A stretch of DNA of 48,984 bases, the filler included, from Sphacelaria rigidula (lineage: Eukaryota), in the NCBI GenBank assembly GCA_964200075.2. It is 3 parts of 3 records of this genome, joined end to end, with 100 filler letters (N's around TTAATTAATTAA, not from the genome) between each part and the next. Parts side by side here need not be neighbours in the genome. Positions count along the whole stretch, not along the records: positions 1 to 16,262 come from CAXNAA020001420.1; positions 16,363 to 32,624 come from CAXNAA020001421.1; 1 more part is not named here. One strand, written 5' to 3'. Position 1 is the first letter of the stretch. Each line of letters opens with the position of its first letter. Of the stretch, positions 13,163 through 24,798 are shown piece by piece. The notes beneath the pieces were generated by a model, which saw only the letters and a list, made by a program, of their open reading frames with translations, had not been told where the DNA came from and did no database searches. The translations under genes and the position numbers were made by a program.

Positions 13163-14029
13163 ACAGTGTTCAGGTGCTACGCTCTATATATGTAATGATA
13201 TATAATATTTATACGAAGAGTATGAGCAAAGCCCGCTGAAATCGCTCGGAGCAACGAGATGCACATGGTTCAGGCAAGATTTCGGCCTCGTAATTGTCAC
13301 GGAAGAGCAGATGTGTAATCCAGTGTTGGGGGGTATGGGTAACTGACGTACTTTGATCGGCAGAGCTATCCTAGCGGATACTGTAGCAAAACACACATGA
13401 ACAAGGGTAGATAGCACATGTCAGGCATCTGATTGGAGACGGGTTTAGTTTCAAAATCACAAGTGGCGCAAAGAGGGGATAATCGAGGCCAGGTTAGACT
13501 GCACATAAGTCACAGGTACATGTACGTTAGCCATGCGGTCGGGAGTAGATATGTATACAGAAACCCAAAGTAGCTACGCATATACATTTGCGGCGTGCAT
13601 GTTGATGTTGTAGGTGGAGAGGCACTATGGATTTTAACATACATTTATGCACTTGAGATATTACAGTCTGATGGATACTTTCGCCAGCTCGTCATGTCCA
13701 CCCATGCTGCCGCCAACCGGGGCAGTTTGTCGGTTTTTATAGTAGAATCTGCACCCTTGCTTCATAAAGGTTCGCATTAACGTACGGTCGTTCACTGATT
13801 ATTGAGTTGGCATTAGTACTACATGGTGAACCTAGTATTGGAGACTGTTACAGGGATTCAGGAAAATAGTAAGATAAATCTAGATATTATTACCGTTTAA
13901 TCTTCTGAAATGAGTGCCTCACACTTTTTTTGTTCTCTTGCCGTTTTCTGTCGGTCACGGATTCTTCTGCATGGACGCATCGCGTCGCGATCTAAATATA
14001 GCTACAGGAGGGCACTTGTATCAGAGACA

Positions 14030-14061
<32 letters not shown>
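14030..14061 (+). repeat. Poly-G tract (32 nt)
   Basis: Uninterrupted G run. Confidence 0.95.
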
Positions 14062-14062
<1 letters not shown>

Positions 14063-15179
14063 CAGGTCGGAGGAGGGAAGGATCGAGCGCCAAGTGGGGC
14101 TGTGCGTAATATGAAGACGGTGACTTGCCGTGGGCGTGTCAGAGCAGCCCAACGCATCGTCGGTTAGATATGGGGTGATTGTGAAAGTTGGGACCTAGGG
14201 CACCGACTCATCCTAGCGGTAGCTTGTGCAAGTTGGGGTGGGTACAGTGCAACTGGCCACGGATTGAAGCTTCCTCGTAACGGGTAAGGAGAGTATATTA
14301 CTTTTTTGATCCTTCCTTGAAACGAGGAGTGCTTTTTTTGAACACTTTTCCAGACATCGTTTTGATGCATCTCGTTTATTCTTGTGTCATGATTTGCAAC
14401 GGTGAATCGCGGTCGTTATCATCTTACCACTCGTGTCCTCTTGTTTCGTTTTTGTGTTTGGTTCTTCCTTGGGCGGGCACCAACGATGATGCATCTGTGG
14501 AATGTGACCGCTCGGTCCATCCTGATGGACACAGGCGAGAGACATTTGTAGCATAAGTTGAAGGGCGTGTAGTCATGTCACCACCCCTCGAGGAGAGTCA
14601 TCGCTGGTCATGGAAGCATTGACTGGTATTCGTTGATTGATTTTTTTTTAACTGAGTGATTCCGTTGGCGCTGGTGTGGCGGCCGCAACACAGTTGTCAT
14701 GCTGCGGTTATTCGTTTCATCGCGGCCTTTATTTTTATTTTTATCGGTGGTGTGTTCGTCTTTGGCGGTGGATGTAGCGGGGGGGGGGTGGAGATGTTCC
14801 CTTGCATCGATGTATGGTAACGATGTTCCAACGTATGCGTGAAGACGTTGAAATATGATAATATGTGAACAGGTGATGAGTCTTCGACGGAAACCTGTGT
14901 GTGTTGGGGGAGGGGGTCCTCCTATATGTGGTCCCCTCTTACGCGCCACCTCGTACGTTCTCCTAGTAGAAAAGGTTTGTGCACCTTATATTCCACATGC
15001 CCACCACATACCGTACCAGCTGCGTGTTTGGAAAGCGAACCCAAGATTCTTTTTTCCGCACCTGTACTAAAACATATGAAGAAGACACAACGGCTGCGAG
15101 TCATCACGGGACTTTTTTTTTTTATCTTGTGTAGACAGCACTTTGTTCCCAACCCAGTTCTGTACAGAGCGGAACGCAG

Positions 15180-15557
15180 CAGCAGTACAGCAGCTCAGGC
15201 AATGTCAAGCGCAGATCAAACTTCTTCCGTGGGGTTCGAATACCCCACAGTACAACGACAACTACAGCATAGAAATGATGGGTGTGGGCACGAAGCGCCT
15301 TGTTCGCTTCACAGGAGACAACAGCCAATACACCATGAAGTTTTCAACAGTACGTAGACAGCACTGAGTGCCGACTATTTTTCGTACCGACTGGGACACA
15401 ACCAGAGTGAAGCAGTTCAGGCAATCTACAATGCAGATCAAACTGTGTTCCCAAGGTTCAACCGCATCGCACTACAGTGTCAACTGCAGCACAGGAATGG
15501 TGGGTCTGGGTAAGGAGCACCTTGTTCGTTAGGATTGACAGCAACGCCCAACATACT
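15180..15557 (+). repeat. Dispersed repeat with ~220-nt subunits, copy B
   Basis: CAG.TCAGGCAAT...GCAGATCAAACT occurs at ~15190 and ~15413; homologous to 1375-1735. Confidence 0.7.
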
Positions 15558-15917
15558 TCCTCTGCTGCACAAGTCTGCTCGGTTGTATTGCTCGGTTATT
15601 TTAGTACTTGCCCTCAACCATGATGTCCGATTCTATTTATTGTTTTTCATGAAATTTTTCGGCGTATATTTTTTCAAATCATTTCCTCCCCGATAACTGT
15701 TGCGTTCCCCGTTCGAACGACCGAAAAAGGGCAGTCAGCACTGGAATGGCCGTTTTTCGCCTCTTCTCTGAGGGCAAAAAAGACTGAAAAAACAGAATAA
15801 TTTGGGAGGGGGGAGACGAAAAAAAAATCTTGATAGCCCAATCCACGTACGAGCTGGGCCAGCCTAGAGGCGGATTCGAAGTATGCAGGCCCATGCGCCG
15901 GCCGATACCTAGAGTTG

Positions 15918-16262
15918 GGCCGGATGTTATGGCAAACAGATTTTTGGCCCACGGATTGTTCACTTCTGGTACATTTGACCCGCCTTTTGACCCCCAAACA
16001 GGGACAATCGTCAACACACGTCTTAGACACTTTGCATCACCCCACAGAGAGGAGCCTAGTCTGCTTTGCAGATTCGCTTGGCTCCGAGGTTTCGAGTTGG
16101 CCGCTGAACAGTTGTTCGTGCGCAATAATCTGTGCTTCCCGATCCCCGCCAGTTTGGCCAATATTCTGTGGATCGGCAAGCACAGATTTTTGCGCACGAA
16201 ATTTTGTTCAGCGGTCAATCTCGAAACCTCGGGGCCAAGCGAATCTGCAAAGCAGACTAGGC
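15918..16262. mobile_element. Foldback (long palindromic) MITE-like element, truncated by the contig end
   Basis: GCCTAGTCTGCTTTGCAGATTCGCTTGG..CCGAGGTTTCGAG is mirrored by CTCGAAACCTCGG..CCAAGCGAATCTGCAAAGCAGACTAGGC around ~16160; same family as 40334-40797. Confidence 0.8.
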
Positions 16263-16362
16263 NNNNNNNNNNNNNNNNNNNNNNNNNNNNNNNNNNNNNN
16301 NNNNNNTTAATTAATTAANNNNNNNNNNNNNNNNNNNNNNNNNNNNNNNNNNNNNNNNNNNN
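16263..16362. other. Artificial contig linker (N44-TTAATTAATTAA-N44)
   Basis: Six-frame stop spacer between N runs; identical to 32625-32724. Confidence 0.95.
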
Positions 16363-16392
16363 ATATAAAAATAAAACAAAAAAGGATTAAAA

Positions 16393-16472
<80 letters not shown>
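16393..16472 (+). repeat. (AAT)n microsatellite
   Basis: Near-perfect AAT run with one GAT interruption. Confidence 0.95.
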
Positions 16473-16473
<1 letters not shown>

Positions 16474-16630
16474 GATATGTTTTTACTTATGTATTTATAC
16501 AATAGCAGATCTAAGAAAGCAGCGGGGTGCATGGGCTCGCCTGCTGAAGCCGCCGCGCATGTGCGAACCGCTCGCACCGCGACCTATCTGCCTCGATAGG
16601 AGCTAATTGATATACGCACTCACTAGCCGC

Positions 16631-16975
16631 TGCATTCCGGCGGTCTAATGGTACAGTACAACAGGCACTATTAGGTCGAAAAAATGCCGGTTCGATTCCC
16701 GGCAGGTGCACTTGAGATTTTTCCTTCGAATCATCCTATTTCCGTGACTGAAAACGTTGGAACGTGAGGAGTAAGAAGAATTTATTTGACGAGAGTCGAC
16801 GCGGTGTGGGAGTGCTGGTAATGATCCAGTTTGCGATGCCAAATTGCAAGGCGTTTAATAGGTCAAACCATTGAGACCATGGACTTACCCCCGAGGAAGG
16901 GAAGGGGTTGAACGTGTGCCCCGCCAAAGAATTACACGACTCGCCGCCTCTATCGTCTTCCGATTGTGATAAGAA
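16631..16975 (+). mobile_element. tRNA-Gly-derived SINE, copy 1
   Basis: A-box-like CGGTCTAATGG (16641-16651), B box GGTTCGATTCC (16689-16699); GGTTCGATTCCCGGCAGGTGCA resembles a tRNA-Gly 3' half; anticodon arm does not fold. The following body (GACGAGAGTCGACGCGG...GAGGAAGG..AGGGGTTGAA) is shared with 18465-18850. Confidence 0.75.
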
Positions 16976-17279
16976 ATTGACTGTGTTCGGGTTTAAAGCA
17001 AAAGGTCGCCCTACGCTTAAGCATGAAGTCACATGTAGACCTGTCAAGCGACTCACCGTTGTCTCTGGAAGCTTTTGCTTTCTTCAGTCGTTGCGCAAGT
17101 CTTTGCACCTTTATACTGCGCAGTACAAGTGCAAATAAATGGTATGAATGTCAACGGGAGATTTCGAAAAGCCAATATGTTGCAAGTTAAAACAGGGAAT
17201 CGAGAATGATGAAAGTTGAGCACAGGGATTTGTCTTTCCCGTGCTCGTGATTCGTTTCAGTTCGTCTTCCATCCCACCA

Positions 17280-17497
17280 TTCACAGAGCAAACAAGTACC
17301 CCAAGTCCTTCCAGGAATGCCTATTGAAGTGACTTTACTTCATATACCGACACCCAAACAACCGTTGTGGTACCACCTTACCGGCTCCTCGTCATTCGTC
17401 CATGCACCAGTGTACACCCCCTTGCACATCCAATTTTCAGGGATGATTCAAGACCGACTGGTACGCGGTTCTTTTTATTACAAAGGCTGCACAGTAT
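17280..17497 (-). pseudogene. Disrupted PHD finger (C4HC3)
   Basis: Minus strand reads CSLC-NKKNRVPVGLESSLKIG-CARGC, then after one frameshift RWYHNGCLGV(GI*)...TWGTCLLCE; all eight ligands present with one frameshift and one stop. Confidence 0.75.
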
Positions 17498-18464
17498 TTC
17501 GGCTCAGTTGGCTTCGACGAGTATGTCGAATATTAGGGCAAGACACAAGGCTGCGAATAGGGTACTCGGATGCAGGTGAGTACTGCGTTACACGGATATG
17601 GATAGGTGTAGATACCTTGTACGTGTCGCCTGTGCCTGAAGAATCTTGTAATAGTTCGTGTGCGCCGTCTGTTGTCGTAGTTCGGCTATTTTCGTCTCCA
17701 TGTCTTCACACTTTCTGCAAGACTCCGTCACCTACTTGCCCTCCCATACCACAGTCGCCCAACAAAAACGTATAGATCAGTCATCTGCATAGTGTAGAAT
17801 TCCTTGCCCATGAAAATCCAAGAACACGTTGGCATAAAATGGATACGGCTGCCGTCTCTTGACAAGGTCGTTTAGGGACAGCACGGAGGCAGCGTGGATG
17901 GCAGGTATCGATCCATACTCATCCTGCCTCACAGTAGCTACGCGAGATAAGCGCGCGAGATAAGCATGCATCCATCCCTACTCCTTCCGATTCACGATGG
18001 CAACGGGAGATAAGCATGTATGTCTTGTAATCACATGACCCACCCACCCCATTCTTCATACCCACGTGGAAGCCCCGTGTCGTTTTGTTTACACAGGTTC
18101 ACAAGGGTTGATTCGACTGTGTGCGTGGTTTCTTCGCATGTTCCGACGTGCTCACTGTCTCGTTCAAGCTTCCTTCTGCGCTGTCAGCCCTCGCTTCGTG
18201 CTCCCTCTCGTCCCTGCCGTATTCCGTCATAGTTTCTACAGCCTTCGCCACCTTGCTCTGCCACACCGAGAAGCAAAAATACCTTGCAATGAAAATCGTG
18301 CGCTACACAGCGCGCTGATTACTAGAGTAGACGACACGCTGCATTGCCGTGTGTTTCTATACACCTTCCCGTTAGCGAAAAAACACGTGTCGTGAGCCCT
18401 TGCCTAATCCAACGCTGAAGTAGCTGGAGACTTTCGCCCTTCGGTCATACACCTTGTCCTTTTT

Positions 18465-18850
18465 ACGCCGTTTCAACCCCTCTCCTTCCTCAGTTCGAGT
18501 CCGTAGTCTCAACGGATCAACTCATCTCTCCCTCGCTACGAGAATTTGATATCGCGAGTTGGATCAACACTCCTGTGCCGCGTCGACTCTCGTCACATAA
18601 CGTGTTTTGCTACTCCCGTTCTCTTGTTTTCAACGACAGGAATCAGATACTTGAAAAGCCAATGACTTCCCGGCTCGAACCGAGTCCGCTTTCTTTTGAC
18701 TCTCGTCACATGACGTGTTTTGCTACTCCCGTTCTCTTGTTTTCAACGACAGGAATTAGATACTTGAAAAGCCAATGACTTCCCGGCCCGAACCGAGTCC
18801 GCTTTCTTTTGGCCTAATGGTTTCAGCTGTACCATTAGATCATCGGGGCG
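18465..18850 (-). mobile_element. tRNA-derived SINE, copy 2, with a 113-nt internal tandem duplication
   Basis: Minus strand reads GATCTAATGGTACAG..CCATTAGGCC.AAA..CGGTTCG, then the same body as copy 1; 18585-18697 is repeated at 18698-18810. Confidence 0.75.
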
Positions 18851-20065
18851 CGGTGGTATGCATGAACTGCGGATATCGAACCCGTGCCTTGAATCATACC
18901 ACGGAACGTATTCGTCGTAGAGGTGGACACATGTCATCGATTCTCACCACTCCTATTCCAAGTACACGTTTCGCGCGAGCTCACCTCGTACCCATTGACA
19001 GCGCTGCGAGTCTGTGCCACAAGATGCTCGTACGCGGCCGTGTGCTCGTGTATCTCGCGACGCAAAGCTTCAATATCGGACTATGCAGTCGACCGAACAA
19101 TAGTAGGGCAAAATACCGGGCGCAAGAGTCGAGCACGAGAAGACAAACAGGAGATTGAGATGTAGGAGCGAGATGAAGCGAAAAAAGGGCCAGGATATAC
19201 CAAGGTATTACAAGACCAGGCTTCGGATCAACAATCTTCTCGTTGGGTGGGAGCTGCGACAAGAGAGCATAGGAGTTCAGTGACAGATGGGGAGGGGGAG
19301 GGGGGAGGGGGGCATCAGACAAACAACAGTGCCGACATTGCTGCAGCTAGGTATGAGGCATCTTTATGCCATGTCCGCCTGGATACTCGTCAAGCAAGGT
19401 GCACCTTCGTAGCAGAGCTTGTAGGGTTTGGATCTGAGCGGTTTTGAAGGATCTTGAACTCATGTATGATGCCCTGCAGCTGGCGCTCGAGATCTTCCAT
19501 CACGTCCGAACACCGCGTCAGGTTACGCTGTGGGCGTGCAGCAGATAAAGAAGAACAGGAGGGTAAGGAATGTCTAAGTGAAACTGACATAATTCATGGC
19601 AGTACACGATGCACATTACGCTTACACGTCATCCTCATCTAGCAGCTCATATGGGCACTCCGCCGACAGACAGGTAGCCCTCTCATCGAGTTAAGTCAGC
19701 AATACCGTACCACTTGCTAATTTAGCGTTCTGAAAAACGTGCGGAAATGCCTTCAGATCACCTCCTTCTATTTTTCCAGATATGGAGTGAGAGGAAGGTG
19801 TTACCCTAGTGTCGCGAATACCTTTTCCATCGTGAAATTTTACCATGATGACGTTGGCTCCCACCCAGAGATCTCGATTGCTTGTCCCGTATAAAAGCGC
19901 TAGTTTCTCTTCAAGCTCTTGGCCGATAATCTTGCGCTCAAATATCTCAATGTCCATCGCCGTGAGTATTTTCGTGTCGTCGCTTAGTTTGTTTGCCTTG
20001 CTCAGCCTCCCAGCTTGACTCCTGGCCAGGTCGAATAGATCCCGGTTAGGGGAAGAGCAATGCTA

Positions 20066-20189
20066 CGGTAGGGGTGCACTTTTTTCGCGAAATTTTGTCT
20101 GGTTCAGGGGCTCCTAGCNNNNNNNNNNTGGATGAGATAAGGGGCTCTTAACAATTCTAACCTCAGAAATTATTTCTGTACCCCTACCG
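20066..20189. mobile_element. Tc1/mariner-type MITE with TA target duplication (contains a small N gap)
   Basis: TA|CGGTAGGGGTGCA ... TGTACCCCTACCG|TA; TA at 20064-65 and 20190-91. Confidence 0.7.
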
Positions 20190-22912
20190 TAGCATCACTC
20201 GGAAGTGCTGCATTTGTACGCTGATGACCCCCGCACCTGAGTATTGTTCGCGGCGGCGGGGGTAGCGCAGCGAGAGTGTCAGCAAACAGCGTCATGATCC
20301 CTATACGCACCTGCAGATTGTTATATTTTGCCGTAGGCACAACGAGAGCTGGTCGTCGGAGTCGTTGTTTTGCGCAGATTGGAGATTCGACCGCCCTCCA
20401 AGACACGGAAAAACTCTCCAAACTACACACACAACGCTTTGAAAGCTGAGGTCTTTTGCACAACATTCCAATGATGACCGCGAGAAATTTCGAGGCACGC
20501 GTGCGCACGCCCCGATGGCATGCGAAACGCGCACACAAGACGTGAAGTAACGACGATACACCGCAAACTCGAGTATACGTGATAATATCCGGGTTGCTAT
20601 CAAACAGTATACTTCGAAGTGGATAAAACACGGGGCTACTGGAAATGTTGCTGACTTACTTACAATATATGAAACCACCTCATACGCATTCTCCAAGTTC
20701 GATGTCGGGTGCGTACGGAGCGAGTAGGGATTTCACAGATACAACTTGGAAATGGCAACAAAACGTTAATAACCTGGCTTGACACAGCGGTCCCTTGCGA
20801 GCCTCCTGTAACAATTGGTTGTGATCGAGTCATGTGGCCACCGCTTTCACCGTGTTCATTTCGTCATCTTCCTTATCGTTCTCGCCATGGTGGCCGCTGA
20901 TCGCAGATTGAAAAGCCAGCCACAATTTGGCCAAATGGTAGCCGTATCCTCCAGCTTCGCGCACCACACAGGTCTGATCAGACGTGTCACAGGCAATGGA
21001 ATCATTTGCAACAGCAGTGCAAAGATACCTCCAGTCGATGTCATATAGTTGCTCTCATGGCACCATACGGTTGTCATCGTATATCTCCTCCCCGAATCAA
21101 TCGTGCCTATGCCGCACTTGCGCCTTAAGACAGCAACAGCCTTACCAAGCTGCGGCCATGCTGCATAACAGGCGACAGGTGTGGCGAACTCGGGGCGGCG
21201 AAAGGAGCTCGCTGTGCGTAAACTTCACAAATACAGAGAGCATGTATCGCGCATTCAAGAAAGATACAGCCGTTACCCCGCCCCCGCCCCAACCCCCCCC
21301 CTCCCCCCCCGGCCCAGAAACCGGGGTACCCCCTCAACGAAACTCCCTAAATTCCACCGCATAAACGCAGAATGGATTCAGCACGAAGCTTAAGGTACTT
21401 CGCAAGGTTGTTCAGGGCGTGCTCCGGGTTTGGTGACTGTGTTGGGCCTACAGCAGCTAGTACTCCCGCCGTACATGCGGAGTCTATCGGGGCAATTCTT
21501 TCATGCGAAATCAACTGAAAGAATTTTGTGGAGGAACAAAGCATGTTGAAGTGGTCTTGGGTGCAGCAGCCCAAAGAGAGGGAGTGCTGCTTCTGCTCTG
21601 CTTACTCAGCGATGTCCTTCCCCGACTTATGGACAACTGGCTTAAAGCTCTGCCCGTGGGAAGGGTGGTCATAGATAATGCTTTGCACGCAGCTATTGCG
21701 GCTGCCTCCTGGGCTGTTGTATCGACGCTCAGGTGATTTGCTGCCAATTTATGTTGCTGCAAAGTGACGACGTATACCACCCCCGCAAGCTCGATTCATC
21801 CGTTTCCTCATCTCGTCCTCCCGGGTAGTGATACGCCGCTCCTCTGACAGCTTTACCCTTAGACCGCGATGCGGGAAGTCCATCTGGATCACGCAATTTT
21901 TTTCAAATGAAACTGATGCCGATACTCGTGTCACATCTTGTTAGACTGAGTTGGAACTAACCCTTGGACCGCGAAGGCGGATCAGCTGTCATGTGGGGAT
22001 CGTTTTCACTTTTAAAATGAACGCAAGACTCAGATGACCCACTCTGACGATCGAAGGGGCTACTCATATTTACTCGGAACATGATTCTCGACGGAGATTT
22101 CGGCTCACCCGCAATTTCCGTTGTCCTGCAAAAACCTGCCGCCAGGAGTAGCCTACCATCTCGGGTCATTTCGGACCTGCCGCCAGGAGTGACCCTACAA
22201 TTTCGGGGCGTTTCTGGCGATAGCGGCAGTACAGAAACGTCGGATATCTCCGAGCCTAGACTAGAACGCTACCCAATCCACGCACACAACGCTTTCTGAG
22301 GCCGTTCTTTTTGTACAGTGTTCTGGGGGTGACCACACAGCCCCCGAAGGCGTTCGTATTAGTCGGCAAATATTGGGCTCGTACTCTCAATTTCTTGTTT
22401 TGGTCATACGCCATACTCCCAACGCCCTCCTCCTTGCTCGGACGAGTCCATACATAGTCTTGAAGGCCAACGCGTCTTTCCCCTGGTACCTACCTGCCTG
22501 TCAAATTAATACGGAGCGCCACGTCGGTACTCCTTCAGCCCGCCGACTTTCATTGAAACCAATTTTGTCCAATGCTTGCACGAAATGCGGAAAAGCGGAA
22601 AAGGATGAGTCGAAATGTCAAACGCTACGATCAAGTTTAATCATGATATTCCCATACTGGCACCGGCGCGAGAACTGAAGAGGAGTACAAAGCCGCAATT
22701 CCTCTACGTCTGAGGAGCGTCATTAACAGGACTTGTTTTTCAGACGAAATCTCGGACAACTTCGAACAATTTTCCATAATGTTTCCGTGAAATTGAGAGT
22801 TCAGCGTTAATTGAGAGTGAGTTTCATTTTCCGCTCAAACTTGACCAATTTTCATTTTGTGTGCGCTTTTCCTTGAAACATTTTCGTGTGTGTTGTAAGA
22901 TCAAATTATATA

Positions 22913-23152
22913 ATGGTGTAAGGATATTTGCAAGAGCAGGTCAAGTAGGGTATGCTCATGTGGGGTATTTTGAAAGTCGAACTTGACGTACACAAATTGG
23001 GGGAAAGTGTTAGGGGTCACTTTCCAGTAATTTTTTGGCTACGACTCCCAACACCCTACCCCAATTTGAGTACTCAAAGCACGACCAAAATACCCCGCAA
23101 TTGAGTATACCCTACTCGACCTGCCCTTGCATCTATGTTATAAAATTACCAT
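22913..23152. mobile_element. Palindromic MITE-like element (~240 nt)
   Basis: TGCAAGAGCAGGTCAAGTAGGGTATGCTCA..TGTGGGGTATTTTG pairs with CAAAATACCCCGCA..TGAGTATACCCTACTCGACCTGCCCTTGCA; inner arms also pair. Confidence 0.75.
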
Positions 23153-23193
23153 ATTAAAAATTGTATACAGATAGCCGGTAACGGCAGCCCACA

Positions 23194-23271
23194 ATAAACT
23201 GGATAAACTGGCGCCCTAGTCGCCAGCTTCAGTTTAATCGACGGCATAAACTGGTCCAGTTCACAGCCCTA
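23194..23271 (-). repeat. Short AAACTGG-rich dispersed repeat
   Basis: Reverse complement GGGCTGTGAACTGGACCAG..CGATTAAACTG..TTTATCCAGTTTA matches 39838-39931. Confidence 0.6.
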
Positions 23272-24509
23272 CTAGTAGGAAGTGTATTGGGCCTCGTGGA
23301 GGGGCATTTCGGAACTGAAATATTTCGTCCATTAATTGACCGCTTCTCACTCTGAATCGCATCCTGGACTCTCGATCGCACGAAAACGTTGTTTATTATG
23401 TTCTCCAGAAAATGAGAGAGCAGGTTTCTTCACGAGTTCAGGCAATAGATGAAGTTAAGGCCGACTATAGCTTGCTCCGAAGATCCAGCGTCGAATTTCT
23501 GTGTCGGCATTTTTTGTCTCGAGAAGTCGGGGGGAAATCCACTTTCTCCGACAACGTCGAAATGTCTGAGAAATAACTCGCGTTGATAACGCCCCTAAAC
23601 GCCCCTAAGGATGTCTCTATTGCTAGGGTCATTTCTGGCGGGAACAGGAAATAAGGGGGAAATATAATTTTACACTCGATGTTGGGACAGCGTTGGAAAT
23701 GTTGGCTCACCTTTGTTTTCCTCATCTCGCACTGCGTCGCGTGCCCACTGCGTTTTGCCCACCAGTGCGGAAGCCGCGGGGTGTGTTGTGGTCGTCATGT
23801 GGACACTGCGTGGTGCGTGTAGTTTGCCGGAGCCCTTTCGGCGCCTCAGACGTAGCATGACTCGGTACAAGAATATCTGCATTCCCGCTGTCGCTAGAAG
23901 CGGCCGTCACCTCTTTGCACTTGTTTTTGTGCCGAGGTTGGCGGGCGATTCGGGCCGCTTGCAACGCTTCACCAAGTTGAAAATTTCTTCCCATTATCAT
24001 TCCAGCCACTGTGAAGATCAGCTTTAGAAGGGGTAGCGGGCTTAATGTCGCCTTCATATTGGCAACAACAAGAAATCTCGTCGATCACTAAGTGACCACG
24101 AGGCCCCCGGTTTGAACCCGGGCCCGATCGCTGCGATGAATAAAAAGAAACCCTCGGGAGCTGAGCGGGAGTATTGTGAGGTGCCAGAAATTAGGAGGTA
24201 CGAACTCGCGAAGAATTTTTTCGCAGAGAATGTTATCGTGATCACCCCAACGCACGCGGATATATGTGACACAAAACGGTGTAGAACAGCCGTGTTGCTG
24301 CCCGGCGTAAATGGTCATAATTAGGAAGCCCTCCTTGGTGTAAATACTGAGAAAAAAAAACTTACACTAAAGGGGGGCGATGTGGAGACTTGCCTGTACA
24401 ACGGGTGAATCGTGGCATATGTCTACAGAGAGCGCAACACCCGTTTCTGTCACAGTGCTGCACTTTTCTCTGGATAATGCACACGCGGCCATTCGGCTAC
24501 ATTCCAGAA

Positions 24510-24755
24510 TGCCTCCGGAGGGATGCGCGGTCGTCCACGGGGAGAACAAGCCTCCGGAGGCCTTCCATCCCTCTGGAGGAAACTAAACTCTACCGACCCG
24601 GAGGGCCGCGCACCCCTCCGGAGGAATTTGCGGGTATGCGCGGCCCTCCGGAGGCAAGAATAAGCCTCCGGAGGCGTTCAATCCCTCTGTAGGAAACCAA
24701 AAAATCTCCTTTGGAGGGCCGTGCACCCTTGCGGAGGCGTTTATTCCTCTGGAGA
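24510..24755. repeat. Array of CCTCCGGAGG palindromes arranged in two ~114-nt higher-order units
   Basis: Perfect CCTCCGGAGG at ~24512, 24551, 24615, 24645, 24665, plus degenerate copies (CCTCTGGAGG, ACCCGGAGG, CCTCTGTAGG, CCTTTGGAGG, CCTCTGGAGA). Confidence 0.8.
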
Positions 24756-24798
24756 CTCGAAAAGTGTACCCACCTGGGGGAAGTTTGGAGGTAGCCAA

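Larger units (their letters stand above)
17500..22650 (-). pseudogene. Decayed multi-exon ORF of unknown family upstream of the PHD finger (candidate fossil DNA-transposon gene)
   Basis: Long protein-like minus-strand frames broken by isolated stops/frameshifts (e.g. 17777-17971, 19390-19530, 19691-20050, 20700-21100, 21350-21934), short GT-AG intron candidates (~20237-20310, ~19530-19625) and younger SINE/MITE insertions. Confidence 0.4.

Noticed and set aside
16307..16318. TTAATTAATTAA as a piggyBac site or regulatory palindrome (also 32669-32680)
   Set aside because: Six-frame-stop linker embedded in N runs.
16311..16606. Poly-Leu and poly-Ile ORFs
   Set aside because: Translations of the (AAT)n microsatellite.
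16631..16710. Functional tRNA-Gly gene
   Set aside because: Anticodon arm does not fold, T-stem and acceptor stem are imperfect, and it continues into a body shared with a second copy, i.e. a SINE head.
23400..24330. Gene in the short ORFs on either strand
   Set aside because: No consistent splice model or recognisable motif could be built.
17280..24350. Endogenous giant-virus (phaeovirus) insertion
   Set aside because: No recognisable viral hallmark genes and no dense intronless ORFs; the fragments appear to contain spliceosomal introns.
24510..24755. CRISPR-like repeat-spacer array
   Set aside because: Repeat is only 10 bp, spacers recur with a ~114-nt period, there are no cas genes, and the context is eukaryotic.
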